Shown: positions 25,509-38,670, counted from the first letter of the whole stretch. The stretch: DNA of 63,992 nt, filler included, from Basidiobolus ranarum (GCA_040143965.1; 4 parts of 4 records of this genome joined end to end with filler, not necessarily neighbours in it), one strand, 5' to 3'. Notes: a model not told the origin generated them from the sequence alone. Translations and numbers: made by a program.

Positions 25509-27534
25509 CTAATCTATATATTCCAAAGGAACATATTCGGGATTCCACATGGCATCGCGTACTTTCTTTTCTATTTCATCCGAGGCTATTTTCACTCTGG
25601 CAAGGCCCTTCTTAGTAGCTTCTCGAACTATAGCGCACGCAATCATAACTGAGACTTCTTTACTGTCCTCTATCCGCGGCAGCAGGCTGAGGTGCCGATT
25701 CTTATTCTTAACAGCTGGTGAATGCTCAGCTAAGCTTTGGACAGCAGCCCAAATCAAATCATCAGTCATTAAGCTGGGTTTACAAACTACACATCCTAAT
25801 CCAATACCAGGATAGACAAAGGAGTTATTACATTCGGCGATTTCAAAAGACTCTTCTTCCCATTTAGTATCTGGGAATGGTGATCCAGTAGCAATTAGAG
25901 CTTTTCCTTTGGTCCAAGTAATGATGTCGGAAGGTTTGGCTTCAGCAAGGCGAGTTGGGTTTGAGAGTGGAAACACTATGGGAAATTCACAACCTGCCGC
26001 CATGTTTTCAATTATCTCTTGCGTCCATGTATTAGGAGCAGTTGAAGTCCCGATCAAGATAGTGGGCTTAACATTCTTCACAACATCTAACAGAGAGTAT
26101 GTTGGGAAATCCTGGGCGGAGGAGATACTTTTCCAGGAAGATATCTCGTCAAATGGATGGGAGTAGTTTGACTGACCCGAAGAAAGTTTCTCCTGGGGTA
26201 TTCTTTCATGGATAAGACCAACTTTATCGACAAGCCATACCTTTCTAGCCGCCTCCTCCATAGAGAGGTTGCTATCACGAGCAATTGCTGCGGTTAATTG
26301 ATCTGATATTCCAATTCCTGCGGTACCTGCTCCAAAAATCACAATTCTTTGATCTACTAGTTTTCTATCTGTAACTTCAAGGGCTGCGATAATACTTGCG
26401 AGAGTAACAGCTCCAGTGCCTTGTTCAAAAAATATGGGTTTGTTGGTAAAGGTGGCAAATTCTTATAAGCGAACAAATCTTATAAATACCTTGAATGTCA
26501 TCATTAAAGGTGCATAGTTGATCTTGATATTTATCAAGGATTTTTCTAGCGTTTGACAGTCCAAAGTCCTCCCAATGTAAATATGCATTGGGAAACTTGT
26601 TCCGAACCGATTGTACAAATCTATCGATGAATTCATAATATTCTTTAGGAGGAAGTCTTTTCCTTCTCCAACCCATATATAATGGATCATTAAGCAATTT
26701 CTCATTATTGGTACCAACATCAAGGACTACTGGGATCACTCGACCTGGATGTACACCACCTAACAAAGTGTAAAGAACAAGCTTAGCGACGGAGATGCCG
26801 ACACCACCTACACCTTGGTCGCCGATTCCTACATTTATACTAGGGCGTTAGGCCCTTATAAACGTAAACATTTTATATTGTGTAATATCATACCCAGAAT
26901 TTCTTCGGAATCGGTTACAACAATAAGATCGATATCCTTAGGATGAGTATTGTTTTTTACGACATTATTGTAAAGAAGATTTTCAATATCGTTAGCAACT
27001 GGATAGGTAAGGTATACTCCTCGAGGTTTTCGAAACTCGTACGAGTATCTAGATTTAAAGGGTATGTTGGGATATGTACACATATATGTACCATATTGAC
27101 TCTATAAGGCCTTACCTTTCAATATACTCTCCCTCGGTTGGAGTATAGATTATTGGCAACATTTCCCTGAGATGACGTTCCAGCAATCCGTAAAATAGTA
27201 CTTCATTTTGCTCGTGTAAACTCTGTAAAAAAGAGTTTTTTAAAAGTGGTTCAGGACACTGACAATATTGCTTGTATGCTCGTTGACACTGTTCCTCGAG
27301 AGTATTTATTGAATAAGGCAATAGACCTTAGAGAATAAACTTTAGAAAGGTAAAATCAAACTCTGACATCTGTTACTTACCAATTAAACCAAATAGTTTT
27401 CTCTCATTTTCGGGAAAAGCCGAGCCTTTATTCAAAAATGCATTATTTAAAAGGAGCTCTCCAGTTAGCTTCGTACGTATACTCTTATTATTGCCAGGAT
27501 CTACACTAGCATCGTGTAAGAGGAGTGGGCTCAT
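25509..27534 (-). CDS. MAE1: NAD(P)-dependent malic enzyme (5 exons)
   Basis: LNKGSAF, PIIYTPTEG, GIGDQGVGG, LDVGTNN, WEDF, FNDDIQGTG, GAGTAG, PLSNPT, CNN..YPGIGLG. Confidence 0.96.
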
Positions 27535-28759
27535 TGGGCAGTTTTTTTCTTGGGCCAAATAGTATAGTTAACGTTCGGCTTTTACTTTTTTAAACTTTCA
27601 CGCTCTACTGCTTACAGATGGTGTATCCGTGACAAGTTTATTTATGACGTAACTAGTTACAAATCGCGATCAATTGACACTTCGGTCGGTGAGTCAGGAA
27701 ATGCTGATTCCTTCGCCTGACACTTCACTCAGCTATTTGATCAGTGCAAGTTTGACATGCTGACGTATCATTTGAATACATTATGAGAGGGTCTATGGTA
27801 TTCACTTACTACTGATTCCACCTTCTGGAACGCGCTCTTGTACTAGACATGTTCCGTAAACTAGTGGTCAGTCACTTGTGCTTATATGGTTTGTGGAATT
27901 TTCGACATATATCGAAAAGCACAAAAGAGCTTCTATTGTTTCACCAAAGAATCGACCATTACTTGTCGCCAATACCATCATACCTTTCCATCAATGTACC
28001 CCCACTATACATTGTATAACTCTTCAGCCACACTGGCACGAGAGCAGAGGGAGCGAGCGATAGCTGTGTGGTTAAGTATTTAATGGTTAAATATTTACCC
28101 AGACCCTGAAGCAATCAAAATTGGTCCATTTTATAAAGAAAACCTATTTGTTCTTAACCCTAACCCTATGTAAGAGGAATGGGAATGTATGATTGATGGA
28201 GTTGCAATAAAATTCAGACACATTACTTCGTTCGCTATGTTCCTGATCTGCAGGGTATTCCATGCCAAAGACTTGAAAAATGATTTTCGTTCGCCGTTTA
28301 ATCAACATTCACATCATTAAAATCGATATACTACGCGCTATTGTGTCAATAAAGGTAGATCAGGCGTGTTAACTTCCAACTGTCTTATCGCCCAATTTAA
28401 AGAGGGGACTGATCGCTTCTGATGAAGATAAGCATAAGTTCATATTGGTTTTCTCATAGGATTACCACCTAAATAGTGTCTTGTTATCGTGGTTAAAGAG
28501 AAGGCTCTCCACAGTCAGCTTAAGAACACGTTCACCTTTGAGAAGATCAATATCTATGCACGTACACTTTAGACAAGAGCTAGTCATTAAACTCTAGATA
28601 AACGGCGATGTCAAACATGTCGAATTTACAGTTTCTAGAATCTCTCAACATACGTTGAATCTTTATGATAAGTATGCACTATACACATACTATACTGGCT
28701 AGACTAGTAAAGGAATATACATATCAAATATTCGAGGGGAAATGTCACAGTTCTAATTA

Positions 28760-29789
28760 GGCTTATTACTGGTGAGGCTACTAGTGATATTAAAAGCTAA
28801 AGATTCCATACATCTGTCACAGTCGAACTCATTGATACCAAGGTATTCAACGGAAGAGGCAGTAGCATTACTGGCCGATTTATTTCTTGTTACTGCCACA
28901 ACTAGTTTGAATTTCGATTTATCATGAACCGAGTGTGGGGTAAAATAATGAAGAAATTTGTAGATCAATCTGCTATTATACATGTAGAGATTAGATTCGA
29001 ATTGGGAAATGCCACAGTTTATTAATTTATGTGGCTCCTAATGAGTGTGGTGGCTTAGTTACATGGAGTTGATTGTTGCTTTGCTCCAGCAATCAATTGT
29101 TTGGGATTTAGCACATTTGTGGTCTTTGATATCAAACTTTACATCCTAACATTGAATAATGGAATCCACTGAAATATCGCGAAATGTAGCAAATATGAGA
29201 GAGATTTGAGCGACAGAAGTGATCAACAAAATCATCCTCGTTCTGACTATAGTCGTCAGTACGAGAAAGATGAGGAGGACGATGAATATGAGAGAGGTTT
29301 GAACAGAAGACGCGGTCAGCAAAATTATCCTCGTTATCGTTACGGCCGTCAGCACGAAGAAGATGATGAATATGAAGGAGATTGGAACGAAAGACGAGGT
29401 CAACAAGATTACCCTCGTTCCCGTTATGGTCGCCAATACGAAGATGACGATGAATATGAGAGAGGCTCGAACAGAAGACGCGGTTAACAAAATTATTCTC
29501 GCTCTCGCTACGGCTGTCAGAACGAGGAGGGTGATGAGGATGATGAATATGATGGAGATTTGAGTAGCAGACGTGGCCAACAAAACTACACTCGCTCTCG
29601 TTATGGCCGCCAATACGAATAGGATGAACATGAAAGAGGCTTGTATGGAAGACGCAGCCAAAAAAACCATCCTCGCTCTCTCATTTCGGCCATCAACATG
29701 AAGATGGTGGATGTAAGAGAAAGTTAAACGAAAGACGCGGTCAACAAACCACTCTCAATCGCGTCAATAAGCATGAATCAAACTCATGA
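28760..29789 (+). pseudogene. Decayed gene for a Glu/Asp/Arg/Tyr repeat protein
   Basis: The repeat frame is broken by TAA (29485), TAG (29620) and a frameshift near 29680. The upstream part of the same frame also has several stops. The 5' boundary is uncertain. Confidence 0.55.
29200..29750 (+). repeat. ~84-nt tandem coding repeat (6-7 units; DEYERGLNRRRGQQNYPRSRYGRQYEED-like)
   Basis: GATGAA(T/C)ATGA unit starts at 29281, 29365, 29449, 29542 and 29623; indels are mostly multiples of 3. Confidence 0.9.
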
Positions 29790-31419
29790 CTAAAGCTGGT
29801 TGTAAAAGGCCTTAACGTAACTAAATAAACCTAAGTACTCCATGAACATTTGATATTATTTAAACAGTAACAATTCTTAGGAATTCTAAAATATATCCTA
29901 CCTAGATAGAGATCAAATGCTTGTAGTCTTGTCGTGTACACACCGAACACTTTAACATATCCTGCCGTACCTAATATGTTCCTATCTATGCTTAGTGGCT
30001 TTTTTAAACTTTCTGCCACTAAGTAATTTTATGAATTGAAGAACAAAAACGGGCTACTTACCAAATTTAGTGTTATTTTCCTTTTATGCTAGACACAATT
30101 CCCAATATATACGTTGAGTAGTAGTGATTGTTCCTTCACGATGAATGTGTTTAACTCTGTTCGTGATAAGTCATACCTTATTTTACACAAGCTTCCCTCT
30201 CAGTGGTTGCCACCAGCTTTAAGAATTTCACATCGTAATTCATTTGAAGACCCTGTTTTCGCGTATTTATCGGGAAAATGAAATAATTTCCATCGCCTCT
30301 AAGCTTGCTAAATCTGCAGCTTTTGGCTTGATCTCCTTCAATAGGAAGAAAACAAGCTTGCGAGCAACCTTGACAACAACTAAAATATTTGCTATTCGAG
30401 AGTGTCCAGATCACTATTTTGGAGTTACGGATATGGATGCCACTGTGCATCGTATCTCGTCTCGCTAAGAATTGTAAGTATTGAATGGGTATTGGTTTCG
30501 TTATGGAAAAGCCAAATTACCGTATTGAAAGATGTATATCCCCACAAAGTGGCTGTTGAAAGAGGTACTGAAACCTCTTACATAAAGAGCTACGCGAGTG
30601 CCATAAAGTTAGAAATAAGGGTATATGGGTATATATATGTACCAGGGAGTACAATTGACGCTCTACTGTAAGAATATATTTGTGATGCGTGGTATTTCGT
30701 ATTAGTTACAAGTGTAGTTCGTGGCTATTATGCTAAACTTAAAATCAGTCTAGAATCACCGACCATGAATATCAACATTTGCTGTAGGCTTCTAAGAAAA
30801 TTAATAGATAGATTGACATATGGATGCGAATGAGAAACACCACTTGGATCTATCCACTTGGGGTTAGAGTTAGTTTGTGTACGGTGGCGTTTTAAGCTTT
30901 TTGCTGTTCAGCAATTTTTTGAATGGAAGGAGAAAGAGCCCGATATGGATAGCTATCAGATATTTCCATTTTGTCAACATTGATTCAGTAATTTAACTAT
31001 AAATGGTAACCTATGGTTTTCTGCGATTTTATCATCTCTTTCTTAAATCCTTTTCTCGATTGCATTGAGGAGCACGGTTGATTGCTCCCTCACTCTGAAT
31101 ATCGCTGAAGTATGTTCGTCGTAGCCTTTGCGGTATTCTTCCCAAGTCAGAGAGTTTTACTTGGCGATGGACTGACATTATCATCGATACCATTAGTCGC
31201 TAGCTTACGAAAATATCCATAAATGCTGATAGAAAACTCTTTTTTGGTGGAGGTGTTGGATGCTCTTAATTGATTCCAGAAATGGTAATCAGCTAATAAG
31301 CTTTAGGATCCTCATTCCCAATGTCGAGACCAACAAAGGCTCAATTGAGTTGTATAAAAGTGTTGTCCTCCAAAGTTACGATCTTCACTATCTGCTTCTT
31401 CAATTACTACTTCTTAACT

Positions 31420-33102
31420 ATGACTGTAGACAACACTATTGAAACCCCAAAAGTTTCAACGAGTTCAGAGTCTCATCCTACCTCTTTCCTCCCTGTAAGT
31501 GCCAATGACACTTATCCTGAAGAGAAGAAAGAGGTTGACGCTTCGCTGGATGATCAGCCGCCGACATTTTACCGTCGCTATCGCTTATGGTTCCACCTCC
31601 TCATGTTCTTGATCATCACCGGGATGATGGTAGGAGCTTGGGTACTACATGGCAAGGACACCTTAGTCCTTTCGTTGATCTGGGCTTTTGTTTCTTTGAA
31701 GCTCATGTTTTACCACGTTACTACGAGAGTCCTTTCCAAGCCATTAGGGATGGTTTTCGGTGCTATCATGAAGGTGGTCTCCGCTATTCCCGAAAAAATC
31801 CGTCTCATTTTAGGTGTTCTACTTCCGGTTGCATTGATTGTAGCTGTTACTCTTGCTCTTCCGGTTCAAGAAGGACATAGCAGCCGCTTAGACAGATTAA
31901 GATCACTCCTTGGTCTCGTTGTATTTATTACACTACTATTTGCCACATCTGACGATCGTAAAAGGATTCCTTGGAGAACAGTTGTTGTTGGTGTTCTATC
32001 CCAATTTCTCCTTGGTTTGTTTATTCTCAAGACATCCGTTGGATATGATATTTTCAGCTGGTTATCAAACATGTGCTCCACTCTGCTCCAATTCTCCAAA
32101 TCTGGCTTGTCTTTCGTAACTAACGACGATATCGCCGACATCGGTATTTTTGTCTTCACTGTCTTACCTGCAGTTATTTTCTTTGCTGCCATTGTGAAAG
32201 TTGTTTATTACTTTGGTGGCATGCAATGGATTGTTCGTAAATTCGCTTGGTTAATGGTTAGACTGATGGGTACTAGTGGTGCCGAGTCTGTTGTTGCTGC
32301 TGCCTCTCCTTTCGTGGGTATGGGTGAATCTTCATTGCTTGTTCTTCCATTCTTAGCAACTATGACTCGCAGTGAATTGCACTCAGCCATGACCTCAGGA
32401 TTTGCTACCATTTCAGGTTCTGTTTTGGTTGCATTTATTTCAATGAAAGTAGATGCACAAACATTGATCACTTCTTGTGTAATGTCAGTTCCTTGTGGTC
32501 TAGCCGTCGCCAAGATGCGCTACCCAGAAACAGGTGAGCCAGTTACCAAGGGTAAGGTCAGAATTCCAGAGAGTGAAGATAAGGAGGCCAACTTTCTTCA
32601 TGCTGCCTCTAACGGAGCTGCACAAGGCATAGAATTAGCTTTATTGATTCTTGCTACCGTTTTATCATTTATTTCCCTTCTAGCCTTGGTCAATTCATTC
32701 CTTACTTGGTTGGGAAACTTCTTCAACATTGACTCCCTTACTCTTGAACTTATTGTTGGTTATTTGTTCTATCCTTTCATGTGGTTAGTGGGTATTCCAA
32801 ATGCGGATTTACTTACTGTTGCTCGCTTGATGGCTACCAAGATGTTCGTCAATGAATTCGCCGCATTCGCAGAGCTGGCCAGAATAACCACCGCAGGTGA
32901 ACTACAGGAAAGAACTGCATTATTGGGTATCTATTGCCTTTGTGGATTTGCCAACTTCGGATCTATCGGTATTCAAATCGGTGCTTTGGGAGCCATGGCA
33001 CCCTCTCGCAAGAAAGATCTTGCTGAGCTAGCATTCTCTGCCATGTTGTGTGGTACGATGTCTACTTTGATGAGTGCCACCATTGCTGGCATGTTACTTT
33101 GA
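31420..33102 (+). CDS. Concentrative nucleoside transporter (CNT/SLC28), intronless
   Basis: IPWRTV..G, GTSGAESVVAAASPFVG, MTSGFATISGSV, KMFVNEF, LCGFANFGSIGIQIG; many TM helices. Confidence 0.95.
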   Translation: MTVDNTIETPKVSTSSESHPTSFLPVSANDTYPEEKKEVDASLDDQPPTFYRRYRLWFHLLMFLIITGMMVGAWVLHGKDTLVLSLIWAFVSLKLMFYHVTTRVLSKPLGMVFGAIMKVVSAIPEKIRLILGVLLPVALIVAVTLALPVQEGHSSRLDRLRSLLGLVVFITLLFATSDDRKRIPWRTVVVGVLSQFLLGLFILKTSVGYDIFSWLSNMCSTLLQFSKSGLSFVTNDDIADIGIFVFTVLPAVIFFAAIVKVVYYFGGMQWIVRKFAWLMVRLMGTSGAESVVAAASPFVGMGESSLLVLPFLATMTRSELHSAMTSGFATISGSVLVAFISMKVDAQTLITSCVMSVPCGLAVAKMRYPETGEPVTKGKVRIPESEDKEANFLHAASNGAAQGIELALLILATVLSFISLLALVNSFLTWLGNFFNIDSLTLELIVGYLFYPFMWLVGIPNADLLTVARLMATKMFVNEFAAFAELARITTAGELQERTALLGIYCLCGFANFGSIGIQIGALGAMAPSRKKDLAELAFSAMLCGTMSTLMSATIAGMLL

Positions 33103-33771
33103 TACCAATCACTTTCTCGCGACCATTTTTGATATGCTGGTTCAAAAGTCGACTACTTCCATACACATTTCAATCATGGCATCACGCATTACTATTTGTA
33201 CAGATTCTGAGTTTGTCGTTAATAAACTTCACTAATTCTACAGCATTTTAATCCCAGCTCTCTGTAGGTCCTACTTCAAAATTTCCTTTACGATAACAAG
33301 TTCAGCAGCTACTACAAGTTTGTCGTACTTCATACAGTGATTTAATCTAAAATGAGAGGAATTAAAAAAATCAATTAGACAATTCATAAAATCAATGGGA
33401 TGATCGCAAAAAATTGGAGATAAGTGAAGACAAATGGCAAAGAAAAAGTGTTCAAACACTTACTCTGTATCAAATGTTTAGTGTAGCATTATTGATTTTT
33501 GCACCTGAACATAAATTAGGTTTGAAGTTTTTACTTGCATATAAAAAGCGTCTAAGGTAAACGATATACAATAGCATACTTTTCTCTTTTGTATGGTCTA
33601 GGATTTTGCACTTTTTGAAACTTCTCCAGTTCACCGTTCTGACAAGTAGGACACAGACTTGAAGTTTCAAACTCGTCAAGGAAGTATAGCTGGAAGCCTT
33701 CTTTGGCTATCATTTTTCTCATTCCGACGCCTCTATTGTGCGAATGATACTTTTCATTTCCAGCCGACCAG

Positions 33772-33871
33772 NNNNNNNNNNNNNNNNNNNNNNNNNNNNN
33801 NNNNNNNNNNNNNNNTTAATTAATTAANNNNNNNNNNNNNNNNNNNNNNNNNNNNNNNNNNNNNNNNNNNN
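33772..33871. other. Artificial contig spacer
   Basis: 100 nt of N around TTAATTAATTAA. Confidence 0.97.
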
Positions 33872-34449
33872 TTAACCTGCTCTGGTTGAAGTCTAGAATC
33901 ACCGGGGTTTGTCCATCCTGATTGAGGTCTGAAGTCGGAGTTGGGCTGTTCTTGCTGAGGTCTAAAGTCACCGGAGTTAGTCTGCCCTGGTTGAGATCCA
34001 AAGTCGAAGTTGGGTTGTTCTGAAGGAGGTCTGAATTCAGCTGAATTTGGCGAGGGTTGTTCACGATCAAAGTTATTAGATTCAGTGAAGCGATTATTCC
34101 TATCAGATCTTAAGACTTCCGGATCATCAAAATCACCACGTCTAGCATCTTCTGGTGGAGACCGATTCTCAAATTCATCTCTGAAAGGCTGTGTTCTTCC
34201 AAAATCTTCAGGAGCTTCGAATTGTTGAGGATCTCGAAATCGTACATTATCAGGCCGTCTGTTGAAGAAAGAGGGACGGAATCTGCCTGAAGAATCGGGT
34301 TCATTTGCAGAGGGTCTCTTTCTAAAACGATTGGGTAAGAGCCAGCCCTCGTCATTTGGATCTGTTCTTTGAGGCCAACGATCCTGTTGAGCATTGGCGG
34401 ACAAACTGTAGGAAATTACTATGAGGCAAGATAAAACGGTAGCTTTCAT
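33872..34449 (-). CDS. Secreted disordered Pro/Arg/Asp/Phe/Gln-rich protein, 3'-truncated at the contig end
   Basis: Signal peptide MKATVLSCLIVISYSLSANA; a 23-aa repeat (NSGDFRPQQEQPNSDFRPQSGWT) begins just before the gap; TATA-like TATATAAG upstream. Confidence 0.85.
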
Positions 34450-37237
34450 ACCTATGCTTTACTATAGAAGATATATTTTGATAGTTCACTAGTTCTGTAT
34501 GGCTTATATATAGCATGTATACATATATATAATGAATATATGGTTGATTTAAATGCTCGGCGGACATATAGGTAGAGTGTAATAGTTGTGCGTCCGCTTT
34601 CATTTTTTCTCCAGCTAGAATTAGCCATTATACCTATGCTCTTACTGCATAAGGATAACCTTCCGAGATACAGTTGGGAGATATTTGTAGTAATTATTAT
34701 TGAAGTCCTGGCTAACGGCATGCATGATGAGCTACATATATCACTTATACTTTAAAGCCGTCTCTGTTCCCTGCAAGTTCGTTGTATAGACGTTGAATGG
34801 TTTGGTTTTCTAGGATCAAGCATATATACTCCTTCTGCACAGATGATTACGATCACTACAACATCATATAAGTGATCGTTTGAGCGGCTGTTGTGGAATA
34901 AATACTTCCAATCATATTTAGAAGTTGAAAAATGTTGTATAAATACGGAAGATAGGCTACCGATGAACTACATTTTATGAAACATACTGTCCCTATAATC
35001 ATGATTGGGATATCTTTAAACCAGACAAAGCCTGTTACCCCATTCATATAGAGATATTGTCTATACGGTGAATACGTCTACATCATTGCCTGCATACACA
35101 ATAGGACATATGCCTTTGCTTGAGGTCACATCAGGGGAAGTATTTGATTTCATCAGACAAGTTATGGTAACTAAATGAGTATAAGTAGATGCGCATCATG
35201 CAAAAGAAAGATCTATCGGCAACGTTTAATATTTAGAATTTCCACTGATATTGGCTTGTTAGTAAACCAGATATGAAATAAAAATCCTGATTAAACTACT
35301 AGTGTCAGCTCCTTCATTTTATTGCGGTTGATGGTAGTATATATTTTATGGAAGTGTAAAATGAGTCAACACAAAATCAAAATTCTATGGCTCAATTTAC
35401 TATTAAAGCTCTGATACGTAAACTGGAACATCCATAGATGCACGCATATAATCAAGGCCATACAGTATATAAAGAAACTTCCTTCAGAATGAACTGATCA
35501 AAGTTGAATCAGCCACGAGCAGAGATAAGTAAGGACGTCTATCTCTCAGTTATGGCCATAAAGAGCTACAGTGGTGTAATTTAGCAAGACAGATATTGTT
35601 TTGTAGAACTTCATTTAGCAGCATACCCTTCGAACCTAACAACTACTTCATGGTGAGCCTTAATCTTAATGGTGGTTCTACCAGGTTTGGCCAACATAAA
35701 TCTAAATAGATATATAAAGGCTGTTTAGAAGTCGAACACGTTATCAGATCGCCGTGCAAGTTATATTAGGGAAGATTGATGATGATTTCTGCTATTGAGA
35801 GCCATCACATCATAATTAGACCACAGGTGTTCCAATATAATTAGAGGCGTAAAGATCAATGAATATGGTTTTTGATGACTGAAACTTGATTCACGAAAAG
35901 GGTGCTACAAATATATCACTGGTCAGTCATATTTAGCTATAACACCATTAGAATTCCATTGTCTCCAATAGAATTTTGGGTGGATGCACTATATCTCTTA
36001 GAAATGAAGATTATTGAAAATGATGTAGTATTCACTGTTATCAATATGTTGTAGAACTGCGATGTAAAACGTAAAGTGTATGTCTAAACCAACGATTGTT
36101 GGACATATCGAAAGCTCTCAATTCGGCGCTTTATTAGATGCAGCAAGGCCAAGTTAAATCACTTCTAATAAACGATACGTTAAAAGCGTAAAGAGCTAAA
36201 TTGATTATAAATCCGACTTTACTTGTTCGAGACTTGGAATGTCTGGTGAAACCTTTTGCAAGAAATCTGACCTCAACAAATAAAAGTACATAAGCCAAGA
36301 TTATTCAAACATCTATTGCTTAGTGAGAATATGCTAACTTACGTGTAATATGTGAGTCTTAGACATGAATTGTTCACCCATCTAAGGATAGGAAACTCCG
36401 TGTCACATACGATTTGAGAGTCTCGATTACAGTCAAAGTTCAACAGTTAGTCACTGAGTGGCTTTTATGACTTCCAAAATAAGCACTGCTCTGAAAGCTA
36501 GATTACAGAAGTAACAAATCCTCAATAACCAGCATGTTTCGGTATTCAGTCATATTTCATTAGACAAGCGTTCTCATGACAACAAGCAACATCCTGAATC
36601 AAACATGGATTAAGAAATCTTTACGAAAATGCAAAAATAGAGATATCTCCTGCTTATGATTCTCTCTCTTCGAATCATGATTCCCGGTTTTTATAATGGG
36701 GATCCCACATCCCCATTACATTCCACTTCAGGGATGCCTTTTTAGGTCATAAATCCACTGAGAAGCCTATTCTTAGATCCGAAAAATTATCGAAATTCTC
36801 TTGGTAGTAATCCTATAGTAATTCCACCACTTGTCATCACAGCATACTGAAGTGTGTGACAGGAGCTCGACAGACAAAAATGATCACGGGTAATTTTATT
36901 AAACGTAGTCATGAAATTAGCCGGCATATCCCCTGACTGTCTGCCATTTGAAATCGCAGATAACGCCTGATTTCTCACTTTCTCGACAGCTTCCTTATGA
37001 TTATTTGATTTTTGTCGTGTTTTCCGCGTAGTTTTTCTTATTAACACGATAGGTAATATCCGACACTTTCGAAGGAAGACAGCCCTTTTAGATATTAGCT
37101 TATTCAACAGTAGTACCCACACTATTCGGTGTATGTACACTTCATTCTACTTTACTGTCCTAATACTATCATATTTTACTGACCGACTCTCATTTAAAAG
37201 ATATTCTACCTGCAGCAAAACGATTCTACCTATCCAA

Positions 37238-38670
37238 ATGGAGGTTAGTGAGTTTCTGAGGAAGTGTAAATTGGAGCAATATGCAGATACCTTTATCTCT
37301 GAAGGTTTTGATCAGCTCAAATCGGTAAGGGCTCTTGTTTCAATTGCTACTATGATGATACTTACTTTGGCTGCTTCAGCTTCTTGAGATAACAGAGAAT
37401 GATCTAGCTGCAATGGACGTTAAACGAGGCCATCGCAGGGTAATATTTCGAAGACGTTAAACATGGAAGGCTCGTTTAAATTAACTCGTCCTATCCCTAT
37501 TCATATAGCTATTACAGCGTGAAATAGCCAGTATCAGAGGGATACCTAGTTCTCATCCCATTGGCGTTCCATTGGTGCCTCCTGAAGGAACATTTATATC
37601 CCTGGGAGATTCTGGTAAAGCAAAATGTTTCTTTATTATCCCTTGTCCATTTTCGCAATCGTTTGACTCAGCCTCATTCTATTACATGTTCTGCTTCCTG
37701 ACTCAATTTTTGTCTTATCTCCTTAAGCAATGTCGATACCAATGCACCAACTTTCACCTACCTCAGGCGAAATGAGCTCGGATGCTAACGGAAATAAAAG
37801 AAAGTATAGACGACACCCTAAACCGGACAAGAATGCACCAGAGAAGCCGCCTTCTGCTTACGTGATGTTTTCCAACAAAGTTAGAAATGAACTCAAAGAT
37901 CAAAACATGTCATTTACAGAAATCGCAAAAATAGTTGGAGATCGATGGAAATCTATCAGTCCAGAGGAAAAGGACGAAGTAGAACGTAGTGCTGCCAAAG
38001 AGAAGGAAGAATATTACGAAATTCTAAACGCCTATAAAGAGACAGATGATTACAAGGTAATTCAATCTATTTCATCCAGATATTCCAATATATTTCATCA
38101 CTAAACCAGACATTAAAATCATCTTAGGAGTATCAAAAGTACTTGGAAGAATTTAGAAAGAAATCCGGAAGCTGTGGTAATTTATGATTTTCTCGTTGTT
38201 ATTTGGTATAAAAGGCAGTCGTTAAATTCCCATTTTGTTTACCATTAGTTCGACCTGTTGGGAGACCCAGAAAGCATCCCAAAATTGAAGATAGTTCAGA
38301 CACAGCATCTGTAATTCAACATACCTCCAATATTTCCAATGTCGTGAGTGTTCCCCATATTCCACATGTTACGGAGGTCTCAGGTATAACCCATGATCAG
38401 GTAATACAAAATACCGCGTCTCCACAAAGTCTTCAGAATGTGCAAAATGTTCAAGACCTTCGCAGCATCCAAGAAGCCCAAGGGGTACACGCCATTCAGG
38501 ATCTTCCGCACGTACAAAACGATGAGAAGCATCCAGCGTCGAATCATAGCAACAATCATGAGCAAGATATTAGCCTTGAATTCGTGGTCAGTCAACCAGA
38601 GCAAACTTGTATCTTAATCTAGCTTTTTTAACACAATTCTAATTAGCCTTATCCGTACATGCTGTTTTAG
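37238..38670 (+). CDS. SAM-domain + HMG-box + AT-hook protein (multi-exon; 3' end approximate)
   Basis: SAM: FLRKCKLEQYADTFISEGFD..LLEITENDLAAMDVKRGHRR. HMG: KRKYRRHPKPDKNAPEKPPSAYVMF...IAKIVGDRWK. AT-hook: VGRPRK. Confidence 0.88.

Noticed and set aside
29200-29750. CRISPR-like array
   Set aside because: The units are contiguous degenerate codon-phased repeats with no unique spacers; eukaryotic context and no cas genes.
38609-38647. Second U12-like intron (GTATCTT donor) in the SAM-HMG gene
   Set aside because: It would be under 40 nt with no TCCTTAAC. An upstream GTCAGT U2 donor with a CTAAT branch point explains the splice better.
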